Source: an uncultured Alphaproteobacteria bacterium
Lineage (GTDB): Bacteria > Pseudomonadota > Alphaproteobacteria > RF32 > CAG-239
Length of the DNA stretch: 64,000 nucleotides
Assembly (NCBI GenBank): GCA_944389095.1
Contig: CALXLC010000052.1
Location: 9,240 to 73,239 of the forward strand
Direction: 5' to 3'
Position 1 is the stretch's first letter, and every line of letters begins with the position of its first letter. This document shows positions 54,620-63,734 of this stretch, piece by piece. The position numbers and the translations under genes were made by a program. The notes beneath the pieces are model-generated. The model had not been told where the DNA came from. It was given only the letters and a program-made list of their open reading frames with translations, and ran no database searches.

Positions 54620-55577
54620 CGCCGTATTCTTTTTTGCTCCTTTCTTCGTAGGCTTTAACTATTTTGGCCACCAGTCCATGGCGGACGACGTCGGCCGCAC
54701 TGAAACGGACGGAACTGATGCCCGGCGTGTTTTTTAGAATATCTAATGCGTCGCGGAGGCCGGAAATGGTTCCGCGGGGCAGGTCAACCTGACTGAGATC
54801 GCCATTGACTACCATGCGGGAATTTTCGCCCAGACGCGTCAAAAACATTTTCATCTGCATGGGAGTGGTGTTTTGGGCCTCATCCAGAATAACAAAAGAG
54901 TTAGACAAGGTGCGTCCGCGCATGAAGGCCAGCGGCGCAATTTCAATTTCTCCGACGGCTATTTTCTTGTCAACCTGTTCGGCCGGAAGCATTTCATACA
55001 GTGCGTCATACAGCGGCCGCAGGTAAGGGTCGACTTTTTCCTTTAAGTCTCCGGGCAGAAAACCAAGGTTTTCTCCGGCTTCGACGGCCGGACGGGACAG
55101 GATAATCTTGTCAATCCGGCCTTCCAGCATCATGGAAACGGCCAGGGCAACGGCCAAATAGGTTTTTCCGGTACCGGCAGGCCCCAGACCAAAGACAAGT
55201 TCGTTTTTCATCATTTCCTGAATGTAAGCGGCCTGAGTTGCCGAACGGGGATAGATGTGACGTTTTTTGGTTTTTAACACGATGTCGCTGAGATTTTGCG
55301 CTTCGGCAGAATCGGCGCTGTCTCCGCTCATCCGCAAGGCGGCCTTGACCTCTTCTTCGTTGATTTCTATGCCGCGGCTGACTTTGTGATATAAGACGTC
55401 AATCGCCCGTTTGCCTTGTTCGACGGCCTCGGCCGATCCTTTGAGAATCATTTGATTGCCGAAGGAACTGATTTCGATACCGAGGATTTTTTCTATCAGG
55501 CGCAAATGCACGTCCTGCGGTCCGACCAGCTGTTGGACCAAGGTATTGTTGTAAAGTTCAAATTTTAATTCAGCCAT
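54612..55577 (-). CDS. ybeZ: PhoH-like ATPase (YbeZ)
   Basis: Contains Walker A (GPAGTGKTYLAVA) and FVILDEAQNTT. Confidence 0.9.
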   Translation of the reverse strand: MAELKFELYNNTLVQQLVGPQDVHLRLIEKILGIEISSFGNQMILKGSAEAVEQGKRAIDVLYHKVSRGIEINEEEVKAALRMSGDSADSAEAQNLSDIVLKTKKRHIYPRSATQAAYIQEMMKNELVFGLGPAGTGKTYLAVALAVSMMLEGRIDKIILSRPAVEAGENLGFLPGDLKEKVDPYLRPLYDALYEMLPAEQVDKKIAVGEIEIAPLAFMRGRTLSNSFVILDEAQNTTPMQMKMFLTRLGENSRMVVNGDLSQVDLPRGTISGLRDALDILKNTPGISSVRFSAADVVRHGLVAKIVKAYEERSKKEYGDE

Positions 55578-55581
55578 TTTT

Positions 55582-56913
55582 TTATCCTTCCATTACGCCG
55601 GAAAGCGAGTTTGTCGTTGCATCGGTTACTCTGACGGAGACGATGCGGTTTAAATTGTTGTTGTCAAGTTCGGCATGCAGGTTCTGCATGTAAGGCGTTC
55701 GTCCGATGAGCTGGCCTTTGTGGCGTCCTTTTATTTCAAACAAGACGGGCATTATTTTACCAACCGAATCTTTATTAAACTTTAACTGGTATGAAAATAA
55801 CAGGTTTTGCAGAATATTGAGGCGCTCTTTTTTTACCTTTTCTTCTATTTGTCCGGGCATCAGGGCCGCGGGGGTTCCTGCCCGGCGGGAATATTTGAAT
55901 GAAAAGGCCTGAATGAAACCGACCTGCCGAACCAGGTTAAGCGTGGCTTCAAAATCCGCGTCGGTTTCTCCGGGAAAGCCGACGATAAAGTCTGACGAGA
56001 ATCCAAGCCGCGGATTGGCGGCTTTTAATTTGCCGATAATCTCCAGATATTGTCCGGCAGTGTGGCGGCGGTTCATGGCTTTTAAAATCGAATCGGATCC
56101 TGATTGAACCGGAAGATGGAGGTAAGGCATCAGTTTGGGTAAATCGCGATGGCAGGCAATCAATTCATCGGTTACGTCCGCGGGATAGGATGTGGTATAA
56201 CGGATGCGCCGCAGTCCGTCAATTTCATGCAGGCGCTGCAGAAGATATGCCAGACTGCGTTCTTTGCCGGAAGCATCTTCGCCGTGATAAGAGTTGACAT
56301 TCTGGCCGAGAAGGTTGATTTCCAAAGTTCCTTCGTCAACCAGCCGGCGGGCTTCTTTCAGAACATCTTCCACCGGGCGGGATGTTTCTATCCCCCGGGT
56401 ATAGGGGACAACACAATAAGTGCAAAAATTGTTGCAGCCTTCCTGAATGGCAAGAAAAGAACAGCCGCCCTGAGATTTGCCGGCCGGCAGAAAATCAAAT
56501 TTTGATTCGGCGGGAAATTCGGTGTCAATGGCGGTTATTCCCCGTTTGCGGGAGATTTTGGTCAGAATTTCCGGCAGGCGGTGGTAGGTCAGCGGACCGG
56601 TTGCAAAGTCGACATAGGGCGCCCGTTTGGCTATTTGCTCGTCTTCGGCCTGCACGACACAGCCGCAAACTCCGATGACGGTGTCCAGTCCCTGGGCGGT
56701 ACGCTCTTCTTTTATTTGTTCAATCCGGCCTAAGTCCGAAAAAACTTTTTCGGCCGCTTTTTCTCTGATGTGGCAGGTGTTAAGGATAATCAAATCGGCA
56801 CTGCGGAGAGTTGACGCTTCCATATAGCCCAATTGACGAAGAACGGCGGCAATTCTGTTCGAATCGTAAACATTCATCTGGCAGCCGAAAGTTTTTATAT
56901 AATATTTTTTCAC
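55582..56913 (-). CDS. miaB: tRNA-2-methylthio-N6-dimethylallyladenosine synthase MiaB
   Basis: Contains an N-terminal UPF0004 cluster (FGCQMN), the radical-SAM CNNFCTYC motif, and a TRAM domain at the C-terminus. Confidence 0.93.
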   Translation of the reverse strand: MKKYYIKTFGCQMNVYDSNRIAAVLRQLGYMEASTLRSADLIILNTCHIREKAAEKVFSDLGRIEQIKEERTAQGLDTVIGVCGCVVQAEDEQIAKRAPYVDFATGPLTYHRLPEILTKISRKRGITAIDTEFPAESKFDFLPAGKSQGGCSFLAIQEGCNNFCTYCVVPYTRGIETSRPVEDVLKEARRLVDEGTLEINLLGQNVNSYHGEDASGKERSLAYLLQRLHEIDGLRRIRYTTSYPADVTDELIACHRDLPKLMPYLHLPVQSGSDSILKAMNRRHTAGQYLEIIGKLKAANPRLGFSSDFIVGFPGETDADFEATLNLVRQVGFIQAFSFKYSRRAGTPAALMPGQIEEKVKKERLNILQNLLFSYQLKFNKDSVGKIMPVLFEIKGRHKGQLIGRTPYMQNLHAELDNNNLNRIVSVRVTDATTNSLSGVMEG

Positions 56914-57095
56914 CGGATACTCTGTAACTTTTATTTATTAACCTAACTTACAGTTTATGATATTGCGGTTATAATTTCAAATATTTTTTAGCCCGGCGGC
57001 AGAAAGAGAACAAAATCTCCGTGTTTTCCGGTTTTGGCTTGAAAATGCTGAGTTTTCTGTTAACATAATCATACATCTTATAAAAGGAGCAGCTT

Positions 57096-57542
57096 ATGTC
57101 ACGGTTTTTTACGGAGAATGATATGGATTATCTGAAAGAATTATCTTCGGAAGAAAGAGTAATTTTTTTGAAGGTTTTGAAACGTTTGGCCGCTTCGGAC
57201 GGCGTGCTTGATGACGACGAACTCGGTTTTATCAAAGAACTGGCCGTTATTTTCGGTGTTAATGCCGCAGAATTAAATAAAGTTTTGGAACCGGCCTCGG
57301 ATGATGAAATTGTCTCCGAAGCGGGAAAAATTTCCGATCGGCGCAAGGCTTTGGAGCTTATTAAAGAGATGTGCATGCTGGCCAATGCCGACAAAGATTT
57401 GTCCGAAACGGAAACCATGCTTATCGGTCGGATTGGGCAGGCTATGGGGGTTGAGCTTGATAAGATACAGCAAATCAGCCAGTGGGTTATAGACAGGATT
57501 ATCTGGCTTGAAGAAGGCAAAATTATTTTTGAAAAAGCGTAA
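57096..57542 (+). CDS. TerB-like (tellurite-resistance/DjlA N-terminal-type) domain protein
   Basis: Two repeats of the AASDGVLDDDELGFI / ANADKDLSETETMLI pattern. Confidence 0.6.
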   Translation: MSRFFTENDMDYLKELSSEERVIFLKVLKRLAASDGVLDDDELGFIKELAVIFGVNAAELNKVLEPASDDEIVSEAGKISDRRKALELIKEMCMLANADKDLSETETMLIGRIGQAMGVELDKIQQISQWVIDRIIWLEEGKIIFEKA

Positions 57543-57565
57543 CCTTTATTCAAAAGAGGCTGACA

Positions 57566-58594
57566 ATGGCTTATACGGAAGAAAATGCGCTGCGGGATTA
57601 TGAAAACTCTGAAACGGAGTATGCCCGGGCGTGGGAGGAAAGAGAGCGGAACAATACTTACAGCGGGCTCGACGAGGAGCAAATCCAGAAAGATTTGTCG
57701 GTCAGAGCTTTGTTGGAGCATGAACCGAAGAAAAAGCTGCTGAATAATGCTGAAGCTTTTTTGGCTGCGCAAAAAGAAAGAATAGAAGAAAGAGGTTTGG
57801 CCAAGGTCGAGGGCAATAAGGTGCGTATCGGCAACGAAGAAGTGCCGGTGTTTGATCTTAACTGTATGTTGGCTGACAGCCTGCAAAAACTGTATGCCGG
57901 CGAAGATCCCAAAGCCGAATATTATGACTGGGTGAATTCTCAGCGGACCATTGAGGCGGATTATCATGTTAACGGCGTGAGCGATGAAGAACTGAGCGCC
58001 GGGCGAGGTTTTGCCGCTTTTCTGGATGATCGGGAAACGGAAATGAAACTGGTGATGAGCCTGTATATGTCCGCGGCCATTCACGGCAAAGGGTATTATA
58101 AAGAACGAGCTCAGGAACAACTGTATTTTATGCGTTTCAAATTGAGAGAGCTGCGGCGTATCCGCACAGCCATTCAAGAAGCCAACCGGTCGGCGCAACT
58201 GCAGAATCAGGCGGAAAAAGAGCGGGAAGAACAGCGCCTGCAGAAACAGGCCGAGCATGCGGCCTATATGATGATGAGAGCAGGTGTTTATGCGTATGAA
58301 TTGGAAGGCCGTTTTGCCGAGCGGGTTGACGCAATTCGTCCCGGAGCCATAAATGCAGGCGATGCCCGGGAACGGCTGGCTCAAATCAGAGAGCGCCGGC
58401 TAAACATCAGGGATTTGATAAGCAAAGGGTATCGCATGGGCAAAAGCAAGGAGGCGCTTGAGGCGGAACATTCCGAAAAGACGAGTGATAAAGATTTGTA
58501 TGCGGAACATCTGCGGGAACGGGGCCGGCAAATACGCGGTTTCAGGGAAGATGAGTATCTGCGGCTTAACGGGCGGCAACGGAGCTATGCGTAG
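57566..58594 (+). CDS. hypothetical charged coiled-coil protein
   Basis: 342 aa, Glu/Arg/Lys-rich. Preferred over the antisense 418-aa ORF because of sensible composition and the upstream AGAGG. Confidence 0.5.
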   Translation: MAYTEENALRDYENSETEYARAWEERERNNTYSGLDEEQIQKDLSVRALLEHEPKKKLLNNAEAFLAAQKERIEERGLAKVEGNKVRIGNEEVPVFDLNCMLADSLQKLYAGEDPKAEYYDWVNSQRTIEADYHVNGVSDEELSAGRGFAAFLDDRETEMKLVMSLYMSAAIHGKGYYKERAQEQLYFMRFKLRELRRIRTAIQEANRSAQLQNQAEKEREEQRLQKQAEHAAYMMMRAGVYAYELEGRFAERVDAIRPGAINAGDARERLAQIRERRLNIRDLISKGYRMGKSKEALEAEHSEKTSDKDLYAEHLRERGRQIRGFREDEYLRLNGRQRSYA

Positions 58595-58678
58595 TTTTAA
58601 TGATTTTGTTGACAGATTTCAGCAACTGAATTATTGTATTTGCAAATCAGATTTTATTTATAATTAGGAGACAAATTA

Positions 58679-58978
58679 ATGGGTGCAATATTTGAACCGT
58701 TTTTGTATATTATCGGCCTGCTGGTTGATATTTATTTTAAAATTGTCGTGGTTCAGATAGTTTTATACTGGCTGATTCATTTTAAAGTTTTGGAGCCTTC
58801 CAACAAATATGCTCAGAAGACGGTTGAAGTTTTGGATAAACTGACGGTTCCGGTTTATAAGAAAATCGGCGAAAAAATTCCGCCGTTTTCGGGTTTTGAT
58901 TTTTCTCCGTTTATCCTGCTGTTAGCGTTGTTGTTTGTGAGCCGGTTGATTCTGCGGCTGAGCGCGCTGCTGGTGTAA
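58679..58978 (+). CDS. yggT: YggT-family membrane protein
   Basis: 99 aa with 2-3 TM segments. Sits in the yggT-DUF167-folD order. Confidence 0.65.
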   Translation: MGAIFEPFLYIIGLLVDIYFKIVVVQIVLYWLIHFKVLEPSNKYAQKTVEVLDKLTVPVYKKIGEKIPPFSGFDFSPFILLLALLFVSRLILRLSALLV

Positions 58979-58981
58979 GTT

Positions 58982-59293
58982 TTGTTTTTTGATAAAAATC
59001 AAACGGGAATCATTTTAAGAGTTAGGCTTACGCCTAACTCTTCTTGTTGTAAGATAAACGGTGTTTTTGCGGCGGCAGACGGGACGCTGTTTTTGAAAAT
59101 CAATGTTGTCAGTGTTCCGGAAAAAGGAAGGGCCAATCAGGAGTTAATCAAATTCTTAAGCCGGCTTTTGAAAGAGCCCAAATCGGTTTTTGAAATTGTC
59201 GGCGGAGAAACCGACCGGTGCAAAAAAATCAAAATAACCGGAGATGCCGGTGTTCTGGCCGAAAAAATAAAAACGGTCGTAACGGAGGAATAA
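58982..59293 (+). CDS. DUF167 (YggU) family protein
   Basis: Contains RVRLTPNSS....G......LKI.V...PEKGRAN.ELIKFLS. Apparent TTG start. Confidence 0.7.
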   Translation: MFFDKNQTGIILRVRLTPNSSCCKINGVFAAADGTLFLKINVVSVPEKGRANQELIKFLSRLLKEPKSVFEIVGGETDRCKKIKITGDAGVLAEKIKTVVTEE

Positions 59294-60199
59294 ATGGGTG
59301 CGGAAATTATTGACGGAAAACAAACGGCTGCTGAAATAAGAGCTTCTCTCAAGCAACAAATAGAGGCTTTTGACGGTGAAGATATGCCGGTTTTGTCCGT
59401 GGTGCGGGTCGGCGACGACGATGCCGGCCGCGTTTATGTCCGCAATAAGAAAAAGGCGGCGGAGGAAGTCGGAATCGGTTGCGAGATTTTGGAATTTGCC
59501 GGGAGTATCGGCGAAAACGCTTTGCTGGAGAGCGTGGCCGAGCTTAATGATAATCCGCATATTAACGGCATTATTGTTCAACAACCGCTGCCCAAGCAGA
59601 TTAATCCGCAGAAAATTCTGGAAGCAATCAGCCCGGATAAGGATGTTGACGGTTTCGGCGCGCTCAATATCGGCAAAACGGCTTTGAAGGAATCCGGGGC
59701 TGTCTTGGCGGCAACGCCAAAGGGCATTATCCGGCTGTTAGATAAATACTGCGGTGATTTGCGGGGAAAACATGCCGTGATTATCGGACGCTCCAATATT
59801 GTCGGGCGGCCGTTGGCTCTGTTGCTGCTTAATCGGGACTGCACGGTGACGGTTTGCCACAGCAAGACGCAGGATCTTCCGAAAATTTCCCGGACGGCCG
59901 ATATTTTGATAGCGGCCTGCGGTTGTCCGAAAATGGTTCAAAAAGATTGGATAAAACCGGGAGCCGCCGTTATTGACGTTGGGATTAACCGTGACGAAAA
60001 CGGAAAATTGTGCGGTGATGTTGATTTTGACACGGTTAAAGAAAACGCGGGGTTTATTACACCGGTGCCGGGCGGTGTCGGACCGATGACCGTGGCCATG
60101 TTGCTGGAAAATACCTGGGAGGCTTATAAAAAGCAACAGACCGGGCAGACGTCTTCCTGCTGCTGCGGACATCATCACTGCCACTGCGGTCATCATTAA
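59294..60199 (+). CDS. folD: bifunctional methylenetetrahydrofolate dehydrogenase/cyclohydrolase FolD with a Cys/His-rich C-terminal tail
   Basis: Contains IIDGK, VGDD.A...YV..K, GIIVQQPLP, GRSNIVGRP and PVPGGVGPMT. The tail reads SSCCCGHHHCHCGHH. Confidence 0.93.
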   Translation: MGAEIIDGKQTAAEIRASLKQQIEAFDGEDMPVLSVVRVGDDDAGRVYVRNKKKAAEEVGIGCEILEFAGSIGENALLESVAELNDNPHINGIIVQQPLPKQINPQKILEAISPDKDVDGFGALNIGKTALKESGAVLAATPKGIIRLLDKYCGDLRGKHAVIIGRSNIVGRPLALLLLNRDCTVTVCHSKTQDLPKISRTADILIAACGCPKMVQKDWIKPGAAVIDVGINRDENGKLCGDVDFDTVKENAGFITPVPGGVGPMTVAMLLENTWEAYKKQQTGQTSSCCCGHHHCHCGHH

Positions 60200-60284
60200 A
60201 GGATTGGGATAAGCGGGAATATTCGGTTGCAGAAGCCGATTAATCTTATATGCTTGATTTGAGTTGTTTTTTGGGGATTAGAAA

Positions 60285-60902
60285 ATGGGAATCGTCGGTG
60301 TCTTGCGCAATCGTTTTAATCTTTTTGTAAAAGCGGTTTATGATTACATGCTGGATTTGGCCAGCCGGCCGAACGCCTTGTTTTTTTTGGCGGCGGTCTC
60401 GTTTATTGAAAGTTCTTTCTTTCCTATTCCGCCGGACGTGATGTTAATCCCCATGGTGCTGGCAATGCCGAAAAAGGCTTGGACGATTGCCGGCGTTTGT
60501 ACTGTTTCAAGCGTGCTTGGCGGGTATTTCGGTTATGGTATAGGCGTTTTTGCCTTTGATTTGATTGCTCGTCCGATTTTAGATTTTTACGGTTATATGC
60601 AGCAGTTTGACGTGTTTAAGGATTATTATCACGAATGGGGGGCCTGGATAGTTTTCGGCGCCGGAATTACGCCTTTTCCGTATAAGGTCATTACGATTGC
60701 CAGCGGGGTGGTTCATCTTGATTTGATAACCTTTACCGTGGCTTCGGTGGTTGCACGCGGCATGCGGTTTTATCTGGTTGCCTGGCTGCTTAAAAAGTTC
60801 GGTGAACCGATGAAGGATTTTATTGAGAAAAATCTCGGCATTTTATCGGTATTGTTTTTGATTTTGCTTATCGGCGGTTTTATGGCTATTAAATATATTT
60901 AA
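60285..60902 (+). CDS. YqaA/DedA-related (SNARE-associated domain) membrane protein
   Basis: Contains FFLAAVSFIESSFFPIPPDVMLIPM and four or more TM segments. Confidence 0.6.
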   Translation: MGIVGVLRNRFNLFVKAVYDYMLDLASRPNALFFLAAVSFIESSFFPIPPDVMLIPMVLAMPKKAWTIAGVCTVSSVLGGYFGYGIGVFAFDLIARPILDFYGYMQQFDVFKDYYHEWGAWIVFGAGITPFPYKVITIASGVVHLDLITFTVASVVARGMRFYLVAWLLKKFGEPMKDFIEKNLGILSVLFLILLIGGFMAIKYI

Positions 60903-61531
60903 ATCCGTTTATCCGGACTGCGACAAAATCCGGCGACCGGACATTCGCCGCAGGCTGGTTTTTGGGCTTTGCAAATATAGCGGCCAAACAGAACCAGCCA
61001 ATGATTGATGTGGCGCTTGTAATCATCGGGAAGGCGGTTCAGATCCGCTTCGACGCTTAACGGGGTTTTACCGTCGCTGAGCTCCAAACGTTCGGCCAGG
61101 CGCAGCACATGGGTATCGACGGCAACGGTCGGTTCGTTCCACCAGACGTTGAGGATGACATTGGCGGTTTTTCTGCCGACACCGGGCAGTTCTTCCAGAG
61201 ACTTCCGGTCATGCGGTACTTCTCCGGCGTATTCTTTTATTAATTTTTCGCTGAGGGCCAGGATGTTTTTGGCCTTGTTGTTGTACAGACCGATGGTCTT
61301 GATGTATTCCTTAAGCTTTTCAAGTCCCAGATTATACATTTTTTGCGGTGTGTCGGCGATTTTGAATAATTCTTTGGTTGCTTTGTTGACGCCTTTGTCC
61401 GTGCTTTGCGCAGACAGGACAATGGCGACGAGCAGGGTAAAGGCGTTTTTGTATTCCAGTTCGGTTCCGGGGTTGGCGTCTTTGGCTTTAAAAACATCTA
61501 AAATTTTGCAGATTTCTTTTATGCTTCTCAT
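60899..61531 (-). CDS. nth: endonuclease III
   Basis: Contains HhH-GPD (LPGVGRKTANVIL), the catalytic D (VDTHV), and the C-terminal 4Fe-4S cluster C-x6-C-x2-C-x5-C. Confidence 0.93.
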   Translation of the reverse strand: MRSIKEICKILDVFKAKDANPGTELEYKNAFTLLVAIVLSAQSTDKGVNKATKELFKIADTPQKMYNLGLEKLKEYIKTIGLYNNKAKNILALSEKLIKEYAGEVPHDRKSLEELPGVGRKTANVILNVWWNEPTVAVDTHVLRLAERLELSDGKTPLSVEADLNRLPDDYKRHINHWLVLFGRYICKAQKPACGECPVAGFCRSPDKRI

Positions 61532-62604
61532 GCTTTGACTCCTCCGGCTCCGGCCGCTTTGGGCGCATTTTCGTCAAGGGGCCAGCGCGGCCGCGGTTTG
61601 AAGTCCAAACTGTTATGAAGTCCTTTTAAAGCCCGTTCCATACCGGCCCAGGCAATCATAACGCCGTTGTCCGTGCAATATTTGACGGGCGGGGCGGCAA
61701 AGTTCAGACCTTCCAAATCGGCCAGCTGCTGCAGTTTGCCGCGGAGATAAGTATTGGCGGCAACCCCGCCGGAAACGACCAAATCTTTTCCCTGCGGGTA
61801 ACGGGTTTTGAAAATGACAATCGCTTTCTGCAGCTTATAAATCAGGCTGTCGGTTACGGCTAACTGAAAGGAAGCGCAAATGTCGCAAACGTCATGTTTC
61901 TGCAAAATGGCGTGTTCGATATTGTCATTCGGCGCATAAGATTCGATGATTTTGCGTACAGCGGTTTTCAGTCCGGAAAAGGACAGATTGCAGTCGCCGG
62001 AATTGCGCAGCGGCCGCGGCAGAATAAAGCGGTTTTCATCGCCGAGTTCGGCCATTCTCTCTATTATCGGTCCGCCGGGATAGCCGAGGCCGAGCATTTT
62101 GGCGACCTTATCAAAAGCTTCGCCGGCGGCATCGTCAATGGTTGTGCCCAGACGTTCAAAGTCGCCGACGCCCTTGACTATTAAAATCTGACAGTGTCCG
62201 CCGGACACCAGCAAGAGCAGGTATGGATATTCGACGTTGTCGGTCAGGCGGGCGGCCAGAGCATGGCCTTCCAGATGATTGACAGCGATAAACGGTTTTC
62301 CGAGAGCCAGACTGAGCGCCTTTGCGGCCATCACACCGACGACGACACCGCCGATGAGGCCGGGGCCGGCAGCGGCGGCAACAGCATCAATATCCTGCGG
62401 ATGAAGACCTGCTTTTTTGAAGGTCTCCTCAAGAATGTCGTCGATATGTTCCAGATGCGACCGGGCGGCGATTTCGGGAACGACACCGCCGTAAGTTTTG
62501 TGCTCCATCTGGGTCAAAACGCATTCACCTAAAATTTCGCGCTTATCGTTTACAAGAGCCGCGGCCGTTTCATCGCAGCTGCTCTCAATGCCAAGAACTA
62601 TCAT
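61528..62604 (-). CDS. tsaD: tRNA N6-adenosine threonylcarbamoyltransferase TsaD
   Basis: Contains GIESSCDETA, NHLEGH, and SGGVAAN. Confidence 0.95.
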   Translation of the reverse strand: MIVLGIESSCDETAAALVNDKREILGECVLTQMEHKTYGGVVPEIAARSHLEHIDDILEETFKKAGLHPQDIDAVAAAAGPGLIGGVVVGVMAAKALSLALGKPFIAVNHLEGHALAARLTDNVEYPYLLLLVSGGHCQILIVKGVGDFERLGTTIDDAAGEAFDKVAKMLGLGYPGGPIIERMAELGDENRFILPRPLRNSGDCNLSFSGLKTAVRKIIESYAPNDNIEHAILQKHDVCDICASFQLAVTDSLIYKLQKAIVIFKTRYPQGKDLVVSGGVAANTYLRGKLQQLADLEGLNFAAPPVKYCTDNGVMIAWAGMERALKGLHNSLDFKPRPRWPLDENAPKAAGAGGVKA

Positions 62605-62711
62605 ATTGCCTCTTTTTAATTTTGTGCATATATTTATTGCAGTTTTGAGAATATTATATACACTATAAAAAGTTTAATGCCAAGAATTTACTGTGTAAAG
62701 GAATCTAAAAA

Positions 62712-63722
62712 ATGGTCAAAACTCAGGAAAAAGAAACGGCGGAAACACCTCAGCCTTCACAGTCATCCTCAAATCATCGGCTGGCAACGAGCCTGCGGCG
62801 CATTACGCTGGTGGCGGTGGTGGTTTTGGCCGCTTACGGTTTATGGCGGAATCCGCAGATTGTAACGCAGATTAAAAGCTCTCTGTCTTCTTTTTCCTCT
62901 GAGAAACAAGAAGATATTTATCAGAAACAGATAAATCTTTTGGAGAGCAGACTGCAATCTTTGCAGAACCAGCTGGCGATGATAGCGAATCGGCGGCAGA
63001 ATCCGGTGGCGGACGAGGAACTGGCCGCAATGAAAGAAAAGATAGCGGCGATAGAAAAGACTAATCTTAACGTTATTGATTCAAAGGCCGATGTGGCAAC
63101 GGTTCTCGGTGTGGTTACCCGGATGGATAAGGCTGAGCAGCGGTTGGACAAGATGGCTCAGGTTTCGGAAGAGGGCGCCTTGATTCTGACGGCCGTGATG
63201 CTGGTGAAAGACAGCGCGGAAAGAGGCGGAAACTATGAGTATGAAATGGAAGTTTTAGAGCAGATTTCCGCGGATAACACTAAGTTTGCGGAGCAATTTG
63301 CCGTCATGAACAAATATGCCGCAGAGGGTATTGCGTCAACAGAAACCCTCCAAAAAGATTTTAATGCCGTTTATCGCAAGTTGATGAAGGTTCAGAAGGA
63401 ATCTTTTGAAAAGACCTGGAAAGACCGTCTGAATGCCAAAATTAACGAAATCGTCAAGATTAAACGCAAAAATGCCGAATATGACAATTTGGCTGCCAAT
63501 GCCGACCTGAAACGCGCCAAGGATGCCGTTGAGCGCGGTGCTTTCAAAGAGGCATTGCAAGCGCTTGAGAATCCGGCAGGAAACGAGCTTTTGAAAAATC
63601 CGGATTTGCTGGCATGGAAGGACAAAGTTCAGGCGCGTCTTGATTTTTACAGCGCCGTTTCAAGAATTTCCGCCAGTTCGCTTGCTATGATGAAGGTTAA
63701 TTTTTTGAAAAAAGCAAATTAA
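62712..63722 (+). CDS. membrane-anchored coiled-coil protein, alphaproteobacterial Mic60/mitofilin-like
   Basis: Contains an N-terminal TM (ITLVAVVVLAAYGLW), a coiled-coil middle, and a C-terminal LKRAKDAVERGAFKEALQALENP....LLAWKDKVQARL pattern like the mitofilin domain. It sits divergent from tsaD, where hemC-hemD-mic60 lies in other alphaproteobacteria. Confidence 0.4.
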   Translation: MVKTQEKETAETPQPSQSSSNHRLATSLRRITLVAVVVLAAYGLWRNPQIVTQIKSSLSSFSSEKQEDIYQKQINLLESRLQSLQNQLAMIANRRQNPVADEELAAMKEKIAAIEKTNLNVIDSKADVATVLGVVTRMDKAEQRLDKMAQVSEEGALILTAVMLVKDSAERGGNYEYEMEVLEQISADNTKFAEQFAVMNKYAAEGIASTETLQKDFNAVYRKLMKVQKESFEKTWKDRLNAKINEIVKIKRKNAEYDNLAANADLKRAKDAVERGAFKEALQALENPAGNELLKNPDLLAWKDKVQARLDFYSAVSRISASSLAMMKVNFLKKAN

Positions 63723-63734
63723 AGGATGAATAAG

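Noticed and set aside
57128-58384. A 418-aa minus-strand ORF spanning the TerB-like and coiled-coil genes.
   Set aside because: It is antisense to two plus-strand genes that have sensible motifs and RBSs. Its product is Phe/Ile/Leu/Ser/Gln-rich low-complexity sequence. The open frame is the expected by-product of purine-rich GAA/AAG/CGG codons on the coding strand.
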